A stretch of 55,824 nucleotides of DNA, counting the filler, from Streblomastix strix (Eukaryota), in assembly GCA_008636045.1 (NCBI GenBank). It is 2 parts of 2 records of this genome, joined end to end, with 100 filler letters (N's around TTAATTAATTAA, not from the genome) between each part and the next. Parts side by side here need not be neighbours in the genome. Positions count along the whole stretch, not along the records: positions 28,031 to 55,824 come from SNRW01000138.1; 1 more part is not named here. One strand, written 5' to 3'. Below, piece after piece: positions 36,397 through 50,517 of the stretch. Numbering within the stretch: the first letter of the stretch is position 1; each line of letters opens with the position of its first letter. Position numbers and translations under genes: made by a program. The notes beneath the pieces are model-generated. The model made no database searches. It had not been told where the DNA came from and worked only from the letters and a program-made list of their open reading frames with translations.

Positions 36397-39300
36397 TCAC
36401 TTACTGTTTTTCTTTGCAATCTCCTTTTCGTCATGCTCGCGAAGCTGAGCCAATTTCTCCTCACAAAATATAAGATGGTTGATGTGCTGGATCAATTTAG
36501 AAACATCTTCATCATCAAGTTTATTATTATTATTTTTCAATCCTTTACTATTAACAATTTGATCCATAACTTTCTTAGCTTACTCATTCGATATCCATTC
36601 TTCGTCATTCTCACTAGACTAGATATCTCGCATGTACTTCAGCAGTGCTTCAAATCTATCGACGCCGGAAATCTACTCACAAACAATGCGAAGTGTCTCA
36701 ATTCGGTATATCAAGTTGTCTCGATGAGTGAATCCAGCAGTTCCCAAACTCTGCTTCAATCTTTGAACTGAGTTTGGTAAGTTGATTGAATTGCTTTCTG
36801 ATTCTTGTGGTTATTCCCTGTTTTTATAAATAAATAAATAAACAGAATCAAATTAATTTCAATATATATATTAATAATGTTTTAATATTATATTCAAACT
36901 TTTCATTCCACAGTTTTCTTTGCCTATATGGAAGTGGAGATACAAGATCATTCCTTTATTTCACATTCAAAACATTTCCTTACTATTTACCTTAGTTATT
37001 TTCCTTATCTTTAATTCCATCTTTCTTCTCAATTAATTTAATATCTTTATTTTTGTTTTTATCATCATTTTCGTTATCTTCCTGAATCTCTTTAATTCTT
37101 TGTAGTGTTGCCATTTTTCTGCTGTAAAGTTTTGCTTATTCTTCAATCTCATCAGATTCATAATTTTTACTCCCTTCAAACCCTTAGAATTCATCATCTT
37201 CGTCGTAATTTCGGTCTTCCTGTTCATCAATTAGGAATTATTGATCTGCGGAACTCAATGATCTGTTTTCGTCAAAATCTTGCTATCCAGAGTTTTAATT
37301 GGAGAATTGATCTTTACTGCTGCTTTTAACTAATTGTTTTTTACTTATGTTTTTATTTGAATAGGAAGTAGAGAGTTGATCATCAGTTTATAAGACATCC
37401 TGAATGAAAAAAAAAGTAATTACAGTAAATAATAGTAAAATAATAATTATTGACTTTTACAATATATTTAAATTTAATTCATATAAAGATTATTCATTTA
37501 GTCAAACCTGCATATCACTAAGTAAATCATTTATTTCTTTGGCTTTATGAAGTTCGTTATCTTCTTCTTCATCTGAAGCATCATTGACAAATATTATTAT
37601 ATCATCGATCTCACTATTAGAAATATCATCTTCTTTATCATTATCATTATTATCTGATTAGCCATTACTAATACTATTATTTGAATTAATATTTTATCCT
37701 AAGTCTTTTTAATTCATTTTATTAATAATTTTATTTAAATTTTAATCATTTTATTTGTCTTATTTCTCAACATCCTCATCAGAATTCTATTTTATTTATT
37801 TCTTCCATGAAACTCCATCACTCAATGTTTTCTGCTTTTATAAAGTATCTATATCATATGAATTCTAATATAAAGTAGATTATTATTATTATTTTGATGA
37901 AGGAAAAGCTGGCGCAAATAGTTTAAATTGTTCTTATTGTCTTTTCTGGGAAGGAGAATCGGGAAGTTATTATTTTTATTGTTGTTGTTTTATTCTTAAT
38001 TTTTCTCTTTCTCTTTCTTCTTATTATTGTTTTAATGTCTATTATTATTTCATCTTCAATTCTTCCTATTCTTTTTAGATTTATTCATACTATTGTTTAT
38101 ATTTCTCTCTTTTGTTATCTTCAGGAATTAAAATCTCAATCTATAATTACTTGTTGTGCAATGATGAGTATTAGTCGTTTGATATTCGCAATTGTTGTTA
38201 TTTTGCTTATTTTTTACTATTTTCAGGTACATGAATCATTACAATACTATTATTGTCTTCGTTTTTATTGTTTTCATTATTTTTTTAATTGTTCTTACTA
38301 ATATTATTTTCTATTTTATTAGTTTTAGTTCTAGTTTTAATTTGAATAAGTTCCATAAGCATTTTCATGTTGTTATTAAATTTATTATTTGTTTGGTGAA
38401 AATTATTGTTATTATTATTAATTATTATTATTTTATTGCATTATTCTCTATTGCACAAGTTCAGGGTTATTCTTTTATTGGGATGGAATTGCCTTCTATT
38501 ATTCTTATTAGAATTATTTACTATTTTATTAATTTTAGCTTGGATATAACCCATAAGCATTTTCGTGTTATTATTATAGTTATTATTTACTGGGTGATAA
38601 TTTAAGTTATTATTAGATATTTTTTTACTGTTATTACTGATTTAATTATTATTCAATCTTTAACTGTTTTTCTTCTAATTCAAACTATTTTTCCCAGTTT
38701 TGTTTCATTGTTGTTGAAACTGAATTGAAATCGAGTTAGAATTGATCTATATTTTGATTTAAATTTTATAATTATTGTTTTGAAGGAGATAATTAAGAAG
38801 GTATTGATTGCTACTAAGATTATTATTTGGGTTTAATTTGATTTTTAATTTATGAATTATTTTCACTTTGTTTTTATTAACCAACATTTCCTTCAAACCA
38901 TTTTGGCCTTTATTGATTTGAAATATTTTGTATTTAGGTTTGTTTTTCTTTTTTCTATTCATTTTACTGTTAAATTCGGCCAAAAAGTCCCATTTTAAGC
39001 AAATTTTCAGCGATTTGATTTCTTTATTTTCTATTTTCTTCATTGTCCTCAGTTATTTGTTAGAATATTTGTGTTTCAGATTAAATTGGTTGTTTTTATT
39101 ATTATTTGGTTATAGATGAAGCGATTTATTATTTAGATGGAGAAGATACCAATTATTGTTTTATTTGAGATTATTAAGGTGGAGATTGAAATGATTATTA
39201 AGATTGTTATTATTGTTTTACTTATTTATTTATTTATTCTTATTTTAATTATTACTAATTTTATTGTTTTAAATTTTGTTATGATTAAGATGATTATGAA

Positions 39301-42300
39301 TTGGGTGGTGAAAGTTATTATTTAGGTTTAATTTGTATCTTTCCTTATCCATTTACAATTACTGGCAATGTTTTGTTTTCTTTCATTTTACTTTGATTTT
39401 GTTATTACTAATTTTATTAAAACTGGATTTACTATTATTTTACTTATTATTATTGTTACTACTATTTTGGAGCAGAAGATTAAGAAGATGATGGTGCTTA
39501 TTAAGTTGAAGCTGTTGATTTAGGATTAACAGATTAAGATTTATGTTTTGGTTAGATTACAGGAGATGCAATTCGAATTTATTGTTATTGCTATTTAGTT
39601 TTAACATCTGCTGTAACTGAATGATTTTACTGCTATTTGCTATTATTCGAATTGTTCGTTTTATTTGACTTGATCGATTTATCTGTTTTATGCGAATTGT
39701 TACTTTTATTCGTTTTGACAGAAGAATTAGATTTTAATGAAGGAGAATTTGAACGAGAGCGTCTTTTTGTATTAGGGTTAGATTATTAGTTTTATTATTA
39801 ATTTGATTGATTTTTGTCTTATTGTTGTTTAAGATCAGATTATGGTTATTTTATTTATTAATTAGAACTCGTCTAGGGTTATTACTATTGTGTTTGTTAT
39901 TTAGTATTGCTTTATGGTTATTATTGTTGCTACTATTTAACAATAGTTGAAGGAATTTATTATTATTATTTTGGTAAAGTTTGTTGTTGTTTTTCTTATT
40001 CTTGTTGAATTTATAGGTAATTAGTATTATGCAACTTTTAACTGCCAAATTTATTAGTTATTGTATTTGTTTCTTATTACGGTAGAGAAGAGGAAGAAGA
40101 AGATTTTTAAACTTCTGTTTTATTTTCTTATTATTTTTCAGATTATTCAGCTGATTATTATTGCAATTATTTTTCACTTACTTTTGGCGATAAATTTTTT
40201 GGTGATTAATTTTTTGGCGATTGTTTATCAGCTGGAGGAAAGAATTCACTCAAATATCCATAATTTGATTATTTCTAATTTTATTATTATTATTTCTAAT
40301 TTTATTACTTTTCTTTTTCTTTTTCTTTTTATTATTATTATTATTTTTCAATCATCTACTGTTTGATCTCCTGCATTTCTTCCTCAACTCGCTACTTCCC
40401 AACTTTTTCTTAATATTCCTGCAATATTTGCTCATCTTAATCTTCTTATTCAATTTAAAGTTATAAAGTTCTATCATTTTTATTATATTATTAAGAAGAA
40501 ATCTAATCTCTATACAATCTTAATTTATTTTTCTTAGCTTCGTTCTACATCTCAAAAAATGCACGACGTGCTTCTTCTTTGATTATTCTTTCTCTTTCTT
40601 CGCGTTACTGTTAACTCAACTGCTGTTTCTTTTTGAACGGGGAATATTAATCAGTATTATTTTAATTTTATTCGCTATTTTCATTTTCTAATTAGTTATC
40701 TTATTTTCTCTAATTATCATTTTCATTACTATCAGCATCCAAATTAAAATCTTTATCCTCCTACATCACATCTTACAACTACTTCCGCCTCATTTAAACC
40801 TCCTCTGAAGCTTCATGAGCTTATTTTATCCTCTCCATTCGTCTCTGCATCGCTAATTGCACCTGAATCATAGCTTATTCTTATTTAGTTTTAAGTTACT
40901 GTTGTCGAATCTATTCTTTTTCTAATGCGTATTGTTTGTCCTGTTCTTTTTGCTTTAGAATGTCTGCAGTAGAGAGTTTATTATTATTACTGTTGTTGCT
41001 ACTATTATTGTTGGTGTTCTTAGCTGCTAGGAGCTGAGCTTCAATTCTGAATGTATAGAAAAAATATAAAAAATTAATGAAAAATACATTCATAATATAA
41101 AATTTAGTGATAATTTATTAGTTTTATTTTTAAATATTTTTATTAATCAAACCTTTCCATGTCTTCTTTTGAGGCATACTTTCTTCCACTTTATCCTACA
41201 AATATTTGAAATTTGTTGTTCTAATATTATTGCTATAGATTCTGCAAATTTGCTATTTATTACTATCGATTATTTTACCATTTAGGCATTTGCGCTTATG
41301 GAGTTTACATTATTTGTTTGTCATTCGCATTTCCACCCAATGGATGTAGATAATCTTTACTTTATTATTGTAATTAAGGAGATTATTACTATTTATTTTA
41401 TAATTACTACTGTTACAGCAATTGTTATTATTGTTGTTGAAATGAATATTAAGGGTGAGGTAAATTCATATCAATTTATTTTAGTGCGCTATTTGGATTC
41501 TGAATTGATAGTGTTTCTAATTTATTGTCCTATTTAATATTTTCTTTATTCTCAATCTAATTTAATTTCAATCCATGAAGTGTAGTATGCGAGAATTCTG
41601 ATTGTATTAATTATTATGATAGAAATTGATTTATTCTTATTTGGATAATTGGAGATGTCAAGATCTGATTTATTGTTGGACGCTTCTTTGGAGATCGAGA
41701 TAGCATTGATTAGATTAATTGGGAGAGTTGCGAACTATTGAAAGTGAATAATTGATTGAATAATAAATATAATTAATAAATATAAAAATTATATTTGTTA
41801 TTTATCATAAATTGAATAAAATCATAAACTTATCCATCAAACCTATATTTCGACGATATTGGTGGGTATTGACATTTGAGGATCTTCATTACCAGTCCTT
41901 TCATGTTATTAGAGTCAAAAGCATGCTTCAAAGTAGTTAATTCATAAAGAACACATCCTAAGCTCCAAATATCAGATTAGAAAGAGTAAGATTTGTTCTC
42001 GCAGATCTCTGGTGATAAGTAATATGGTGTTCCAATCGCAGTTTTCGCAAATTCCAAAGTTGAATTGAGTATCCGCGCTATCCCAAAATCGCCCAACTTG
42101 ACGATATTGTCTTTCGTCAAGAAAATATTCTGTGTTTTCAGGTCACGGTGTAGTATCTTGCGATCATGGACGTGTTTTATCGCTAAACAAATCTATACGA
42201 AATAGTTCAGAATCTCTTCCTCATCCATCAGTTTACCTTTACAATTCTGGATCTTCTGATATATGTCTCCACCATCTGCATAGTCCATTATTATGCACAG

Positions 42301-42762
42301 AAGCCCTCTTTCAATGAAGCTTTCACGATATGCGATGATGTTTGGATGTCTTTTTTATGGATTATTGGAAATAAATATAGAATAAGTTATAATTGAAAGG
42401 GAAATTAATATAAATTTAATTTTTATAATTATTTAATTTAAATAACATTTTAATAAAGTCGAAAATGTTAATAAATAAATTAAATAAATTAATTTATTAT
42501 TAGTTAAATACCTTAATTTTGAAAGTACTCTGATCTCATTAATACTTTCTTCTTTTTCTTTTTTACTCATTTATTGGATGTTTATCTCTTTCAGAATGTA
42601 CAAACGCTAATTTACTTTGCTTTTGACAAGAACAGCAGCACCAAAGCTTCCTCGACCTTATTTCGTTCAAAAATATGATAAAAATAGATAAATAAATAAA
42701 CCAGAAAATTAATTTTAACCAGAAATCAAACCAACTACTTTCTAACGAATGTATCTATCCAT
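36397..42762 (-). CDS. NEK1: NEK1/3/5-like NIMA-related kinase with very long Gln/Asn-rich linker (multi-intron)
   Basis: [68 protein letters not shown]1-type C-terminus YRIETLR...LIFCEE. TGA at 36397-36399. Confidence 0.9.
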
Positions 42763-43731
42763 TATTATATTTAATGAAAAATTATATTTATTCTACTAAA
42801 TAAAGAAATATAAAAAGAAAATTATAGAGAAATATTTTAGAAAGATAGTTAAAAAAAAAAAATTTAAATTAAATAATAATGAAATTAAGTAAGAAATATA
42901 ATTTAAATATGAATAATTTAAAATTTAAATAAAGTCAATGAGTAAATCATAACATATTTTGAATTTATTGAATGTTTATTTAAAATAGTATTTTTATAGG
43001 CAAAAACATTTGTTAAAATTAAAGTCATTATAAAAATAAATTAAACAAATATATTATAATTGGATTTGTAATAATTATTTGAAGATCAAATAATTATTTA
43101 ACAAGAAAATAGTAGATAAATAAAAAAGAAATATTTAATCTCAATTTGCTTGTACTTATACTTGAAATTGAATAATAATTGAATGTAAAATGTATTATAG
43201 AAATAATTTTTTTTAAAACAACATTGATAAAAGTGAGACATTGAATAAAATTGCTTGAAGAAGTAATTTTTTCTCAGAATTTTTTTTCTTTTCTCTATTT
43301 CTCCCGTCTATTTTAATTAATCAATTATTTTTCCTTTACCAGATTTTTCTCGTACTAATTCATGGAGATATCAAGGTGGATTGATTTTCAATATTTATGA
43401 CTTAAAAAGAATTCAGAAGTTATATCGTACAAAAGCTGAAGAATTACATGAAAACAACAAAGAATAGTTGAAATGATTAGCGAAATGATATTTAGGACAA
43501 GAGTGTCTGCAAGTTTAGATTGTTCGTAGTTTTTTTCTATACAAAAGCAATAATAAAAAATATACTCATAAAAAAACAATATATTTTTATGTAAAGTAAC
43601 TTGTGATATGTGGGAGATTGTGTAGTGATAAAAAAAAATTCAGTTTTCAAGAATATAATAAAGTGATTTCCTAATAAGAAAAAATAATCATTCGATTAAT
43701 TATCATATTTAATCAATCATTTAATAATCAA

Positions 43732-46700
43732 TCAATCATCTTCATTGTCATCATTGTCATCATCATCTCCTCTCAGCTGATCCTCGCCTCCTCCATCATC
43801 ATTGTATTGATAATCTTCTCCTTATTCTTCATTTCCCAATTGTTATGCATCGCCATTCTGATCAAGACCTAAGAACTGCGCTTGTGCACCTGCGACGTTG
43901 TCTTCTGGGAGGAGATTGCGAAGATCAGAGAATACCTCAGCGAGTGATGGGCGATCCTGTTTATAATAATTGAATATAATAAATATAATATAAATGAAAA
44001 GCAAATTTAATTATAACAGAATATATTTTATAAATAATATATTAAATCATACTTCAGCCTCCTTAGCCCAGCAGCGAGAGATAATTCCAGCAAACGGCGA
44101 TCCTTCCATGTCCTGAATCGATGGTCTGTGTCCTTTGCTAGTCTTCCTCGATGCAGTAATTGCATCAATCTCACCAAAAGGAATCTCAGCAGTGAGTAAT
44201 TCCCATAGTAGCATACCAACAGAATATACAGCAGTTGCTTCACTCGAAATAGTTTCAATTCCATCATTAATCTCTGGTGCGCGCCAACGTATGGCTTCAT
44301 AACCTCCTCCAAGCAGTGCAGCTCTGGTTGATGATGCTTCTGCATATTTCCCATGACTTCCTGCACCTTTGGAGTCGCTCCTGCCTGCGCTTGCCAATGA
44401 TCCATCAATTGACGGGGGTTTCCCACCGTCAGACGAGAAAGTGCTTATCTAAGAGGCTGTATCTGCTAAATTGTCTAGTCTTTCGTTCTTACCAGATCCG
44501 CCTTCTTCATCTTCATCACCTTCTTGGTTATCGCCGCTTTTCCTTTTACCTACATTCTCTGCTGTACTCAGTTGCAAGTATAAGCATGGTGTGTCTTCTT
44601 TATCAAACATCACCCGATATGAGTTCATTTAGGACAGCATCGGATGCTCTTTGTTCACTTCCATGAGCCGCATCAGCCCTTGGATGATGTTGCATATCGT
44701 GCGCACTGGATCAAGCTCACCTCTACTCTTTATATGGATTCTGAAGAAAAGTGTGTCTCTCGCATTGACCTTCTTCATCTCAAAAGGATCGACTGTACAC
44801 ATCGCATCAACCAGGATCTGCTTCTTCTGATCTATATCCTGATCTTCGCCTTGTGGACCTGCTCCTTTGCGAGCTGGGTTGTATGAGCCAAGTGAATCTG
44901 TATCCTGCGTTGCTGTGCCCATACTGTCATACGATACAAGTCCACTCTTCATTGATGCTAGATCTACTGGCGGTCGTGTATCGACTGGCTCTTCTTTTTC
45001 TTCATGTTCAGATTTTGTATCTGGTTTGGGCGGTTTTGATTTGATCGATTCTTTGGTTTCAGGTTCGGCTGGTACTTCGACAACTTTCGGAGGTTCTTCT
45101 TCTTTCTTTTCTTCTACTTTCTCTTTCTTAGATTTAAGAGATGCGACTGATTTATGTGATGATTTTTATGATTGTGTCTCGGCTCCATCTTTCTTAGCTC
45201 TCTTTTTTGCAGGTGCTGGTGATTTAACTTGATCCTCACCCAGAACAGATGAATGCGCAGAAGAAGGTGTTGATAGCGATCTCTAAGAATCTCTATCTAC
45301 TTCTCTTGGTTTGGGTGTTGGTTCCTTTTCTGGCTCTGGTTCAGGTTCTTTTGGCGCATCTTCAATAACTGGCGCAGGTTCAGGGGTTGGTTCTTTTGGT
45401 GGTTCTGGTGTTGGTTCTTTTACAGGCTCAGGTTCAGGTTCAGGTTCAGGTTCTGGAGTTGGTTCTTTAGGAGGTACTGGAGTTGGCTCTTTTACAGGTT
45501 CTGGAGTTGGTTCTTTAGGTGGTTCTGGTGTAGGCTCTTTTACAGGTTCGGGTTCGGGTTCAGGTTCTGGAGTTGGTTCTTTTACAGGCTCTGGTTCTGG
45601 AGTAGGTTCTTTTGGGGGCTCAGGAGTTGGTTCTTTTACTGGTTCAGGTTCTGGTGTTGGTTCTTTTGGTGGTTCTTCAACAACAACAGGTTTCTCTTCT
45701 TCCTTTGGTGGTTCTTCTTCAGAAGAGGATTCTTCTTCCAATTAAATATCATCTGCTTTTTTCTTATCTTTTTCATCACCCTTATCTGCATCAAGTTATT
45801 ATACAACTTCTTCGACTTTCTTTTCTTCTTCTTTTGGAACTTCTTCAGGAACAACTACTTCAGATTTCTTACTCTTCTTAGAAGAATGAGTAGAAACACT
45901 TCTTGGTTTTGGGGTTGGTTCTTTTTCTGGTTCTTTTTATGAATGTTTTGACGATTTCTTACTGGAATGTTTTGATGATTTTGAAGTTTTCGTTGATGTT
46001 GTACTGGATGATGAAGATGAACTTGATGATGAAGATGAGGAAGTAGAAGAAGATGATGTGGTTTTAGATGATGTGGACCTTGTTGATTATGTGTCTGACT
46101 TGGAATCAGATATTTTTGGAGCTTCTCTTTCTTTAACTTTGGAAGTTTTTGATTTCTTGCTTTTAACTGAAACAACCTCTTCCTCTTTAGGCGGTTCTAT
46201 AACAACTAAAGGTTGTGTAACTCCACCAGTTTTAGGCTCTTATTCGACTGTTGTATCATCAACACCATGTTTCCCAGCTCCACCATGTGTCGGTGTATAT
46301 AGATCTCTAGTTGATTATGTAAGTATCTTAGATTACTGTTTCTTCTATTTGTTATACCATGTTACATAGTCTGGTTCTGGTTCCGCTTCTAAATCGCTGT
46401 CCTCCTCTTCTTCTGGTTCTTCAGGGACATTTAATGCATATTGCTCTTCTATTACTCTGATCTCACGAAGTGCTACTTGGTGTTCTATAAGTTATTTCTA
46501 TTCCTTCTTTTATTTTGCCGCTCGCAATCTAAGCAAGATCAGTATAAGGAAGAAAATGAAAATACACAGGAATATAATAAATAAGATCAAGAATATGATG
46601 AAAAGAACTAAGAAAGTGTCATTCAGCGTATGGTTCCTCCCAAAGAAGCTGAAAGCGTTGTTGAAAGCTGGTTCCCAAGGAGTTACTCCAGAACCTGTTT

Positions 46701-48366
46701 TTCCAAATAATAATCTTATTTCCCATAAACCTTCTGGTGCTTAATTGAATTCTGTTGGTTCAACATCAACTACAAGTATTGAATCGTTCTCCCACGTGAC
46801 TCTTTATAAGTTGAATACTTCATTATCATCATTAGTTTTAGATTATATACCATCGTTTTCATATTAATTAATGATTTATTTACGCATATTCTTATTTATA
46901 TAATTATTATATGCCGTAGGGGTTGAAGTGTCAGGACTACTAATTTGCAATTCAGCCTCATACAGGAATTCCTTCTCCAAATAGTTCTCAGGTCTGAACT
47001 GCACAGCATACACACCAGTGCTTGAAGTTCTCCCTCCTTATTAATCAACCATTGTATCAGCTGCGCATGGTATCAACTTCTACCCATCAATCTTAATTGA
47101 CATCTTAGTATACTCTTAATCCGTTTCTTCTGTGATGTTTGTTATAATTGGCACAAAAAGCACAGAAGCGAAAGGCCTAAGCTCTGATGTGAGCTGGCAT
47201 CCTTCATCTGCTAGTACCCATAGTGACTGTGCATCAATTAGTTATGCCCCTTGTGTTATATCTAAATACTCTTTGAAGTTTTCCTTTGATGCGTTTAATG
47301 TTGCACTTGGGCCTCTGCACCTTATGTTTCTATTTAAGCTCTCAAATCCAGGAACTTTACCAGTATTATCCAAGAAGTAAGTTCCAGCATCGATAACCGT
47401 AGTTGTATTATCAATACTGAGTGCTCCTTGCGTGCAACTGATGAATGATGTTCTTCTTATATTCAATCTTCCATTTCTGACATGAACAGTTGATGTTGTC
47501 CATTCACATGTTTGTTCTGCGTTTCCTTATTTGAAAACTCTATTGCGTTTCTAACTAATTAGAGTATTAGCACTTGATTCACCAGGATTGCTTTTACCGA
47601 AATGTGTATTCTCGATTGATACTTCACCAGCTATAGAAAGAGTAACATCAATTGTTGCTCCATCTCCTGATATTCTAACTTAATCCTAGAAAGTACTTCC
47701 TTAGATTCTAAGCAGGCTTACATTTCCGATGCTTACAATTGCACCTGTGTTGACAAAGCGAGTGGATAATATTACTGTGTTAATTAGGATTAGCGTAGAA
47801 TTGAGATCAAGCACAAAATAAGACGTTATTTAATCATCTGTTGTCCTTTGTGGCTTGAACTGGCATTCTTCGACTCTCAGGTTGGCTCTTTCATGCACAA
47901 TTACTAATTATGTATTGTGCTCTGGTATGTGATGTTCAATGTTCAATCGGCGAAGTGTAGCTGTTATCCCGGATTAAACATCAATAAATTCGAGAGGTAA
48001 ATTAGCTATTGGCCGAATTTGGGCAAAGCTTTGTTCAGCTTCTACTGTGATATCATTTACTTCTATATTTAAAAATATTTTAAAAATAAAAATAATAAAT
48101 AATGTGAAAAGAAATATAAGCAAACTGAAGTGAAACATTGCTTCGTTGAATAGCCCACTTCCCACACTTACAGTCCATGTTGTGTTTAATTAATAAGCTA
48201 CATTATTAACTGCTATTGAGATTGACCTGCATGGGGTATTTAAGCTTCCACAGCTATCGTCCAAAGAGCCAGTAATTTAATTAACATATTTAATGACATT
48301 CACATTCGCGTTGGGCAACTGATTTCCCAACACAGCCAGAACCAGAGCAAGAATAAGAATATGCAT
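43732..48366 (-). CDS. Type I membrane receptor-like protein: beta-helix-like ectodomain, TM, Glu/Pro-rich linker, C-terminal TKL-like pseudokinase
   Basis: Signal peptide [27 protein letters not shown] at ~46540-46620, and RWRAPE...[18 protein letters not shown]...RCW...DRPSL with no recognisable HRD/DFG. Confidence 0.8.
45305..45680 (-). repeat. Coding tandem repeat (P/V)KEPTPEP(EP)n
   Basis: About a dozen KEPT units within the receptor-like gene. Confidence 0.9.
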
Positions 48367-48884
48367 TTATTGAAAATCTTAAACAAAAATAAAATAAATT
48401 TAAAAATAAGAATAATGACGATAGAGAGAAAATTACAAGTTATTAAGAAAGTTGATTTTCTAAATTCGGTAAAAGATTAATAAATTTGGATTATTATGAA
48501 AAATATATTAAAGAGTAGTTGCTTCAATCCACTATTCAAATACCGAATATTACAATGTCGATAATCGGCCGATATTCCACAATGCGGCAGATCGCTCTAA
48601 ATCATGCATAAGTCTAAATTTCAACAAAAATTATTTAAATTTTATTTAGATTATTTTAATCATAATACTTTCATATAAATAGAATTAAACATAATGTGAA
48701 TTAAAACTTTTTTTAAAATAAAATAAAAAAAAATTGCCACTTTTTAGAAAAATTGGATTAATTATTTTATAAATCTTTTGGTCAGACTCATTTTTTTGCA
48801 ACAATTAAACACAAAATTCATTATAATTCAACACAAATGAAAGATAAATAAGAATATAAAAGGTTTATCATCAATAATTATTAT

Positions 48885-49800
48885 TCACTCTCTTATCTAA
48901 TCAACTTCATTTTATCCTCCAGTTCCAAAAACATTACTATCGGTACATTCATTATCATCTTCATTATCATCATCTTCAATATTATCCTAATTTTCTTCTT
49001 TTATATCTTTCGTTTCCTACTAAACATACTTCGATAATTACTGTGAAACAATTCCTTCTTTCTTCCCAAAGTCTTCTGTCTCTTTTTTTCATTCTACTTT
49101 CCATGAATGTGTTTCTTTCCCTACAACTAATGATTGACAGGCTTTTTTAGTATTTTATCCATGTTTCAGAGATGATTCTTAAATGATAATAAAGATATTA
49201 AGAATAGACAATAACTAAGAATATTTAATACTTCCAACTTTAGCAATTCTTCGTTCTTCAATTATTCTATAAACTATGCACCACCAACGCCACGTAATTT
49301 GAAATTCTTCCCCAATTTTGTTACTATTAACAACTTTAATGAATAAAAATGCTCTCTTAATAATGTGAGAATCGAATATAACTCTGTCTTCCCACATTTT
49401 GGCAGATGTAAGAAGTGAAATGATTATAATTCTGCGCCAATTGATTGGATGAAGGGTAACCTTTATATCTGTGATAAGACGCTCTATATAAATAAGTGCA
49501 ATAATAGCGCATTATGCACCCATCTTCAACTACAGGATAATATAAAGCATGAATGTCTGTATATGTCCAAGCTCTGGCACAGCCAGCTTTTGGCTATTAC
49601 CAACTTCCAATGTTTTCAAGTTTTCGAAGAATACAGATAATAGTAGTATAATAAGAAGAAGTTTGCCGTTAGTCCAAAAGCATTCATTTTCAAATCAATT
49701 CACAAGAGCTAAAGCACAAATTGTAGCCCCTCGATTTGAAAATATGTGATTCTGAACTAACGACATCCAATCTTCCTCCAAAAAATCAAATAAACGTATT
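48885..49800 (-). pseudogene. Cyclin-Y-like cyclin, degenerate
   Basis: AQCAIIALIYIERL...LHPINWRRIIIISLLTSAKMWED cyclin box. Frameshift at ~49520 and TGAs upstream. 5' limit approximate. Confidence 0.75.
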
Positions 49801-50517
49801 GGAATGCATTAATCGTCTACATTAAAACAAAATATGAATAAATTAACGTTAATGATAACGATTATAATTAATCGACATACATTAATCCACAAGACTATAG
49901 AATTAACATATTGAAAAGCATTAATCGTCCACATCAATCCATATAATTAATGGTGTTCATTAATAAAGTGTTTGCGGCGCTGTGAAAACTCATTATTCTA
50001 ATTCGTTTACGGATACAGCAAACGGTTTTAGTGAATGTGGACCAGTAATTAAATTGGTAATTCTTATGATTTTCCTGTGTTTCTAAAACCAAATGTTCTG
50101 GCTTCAGAGATGCAATTTAATAAATGAAAATAAATTTAAGAGGGGTTAACGAAAAATGTTAATGTTTTTTATAATACATGTTATTAATAATTATATTAAT
50201 TTAGCAAATTAAGTTGTATTAGTATATAGATAGGTGAATTTCCTATCTGATGTTGTGGGTTCAAATCCCAATAAGTGGCGGTTTTTGCATATTACGATTT
50301 AGGTCTAAAATGCAAAAATCATTAAGAAAAAAAATTCTTTTTTCATTTTTAGACAATTTTTGAAACTCTGTTTTTTAAAATTTTATTTTTTATTTTTAGA
50401 CTTTTGATATATCTAGGAGATGAAAATTTTATATATTTTTGACTAATATGAATTTTCCATAAAAAATAGATTTTTCATTTTATGCTCGAACATTGCAAAT
50501 TATTATTAAAAAAATAA

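Noticed and set aside
36433..41537. Many hydrophobic + strand ORFs in the track (I/L/F-rich)
   Set aside because: They are antisense shadows of the TAA/AAT-rich NEK1 coding strand, not membrane proteins.
45311..45745. Gly/Ser repeat ORF on the + strand
   Set aside because: Antisense of the KEPTPEP repeat of the receptor-like gene.
48514..48610. AGTAGT plus palindrome ATCGGCCGAT as another virus terminus
   Set aside because: Followed by a host cyclin pseudogene rather than viral genes; more likely upstream sequence of the receptor-like gene.
49803..49940. Three imperfect ATTAATCG..yACATyAA repeats ~55-60 bp apart
   Set aside because: Short and degenerate, within a decayed gene region, with no supportable function.
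50200..50285. Complete tRNA gene
   Set aside because: Only the T-arm is convincing; there is no acceptor stem or valid anticodon loop.
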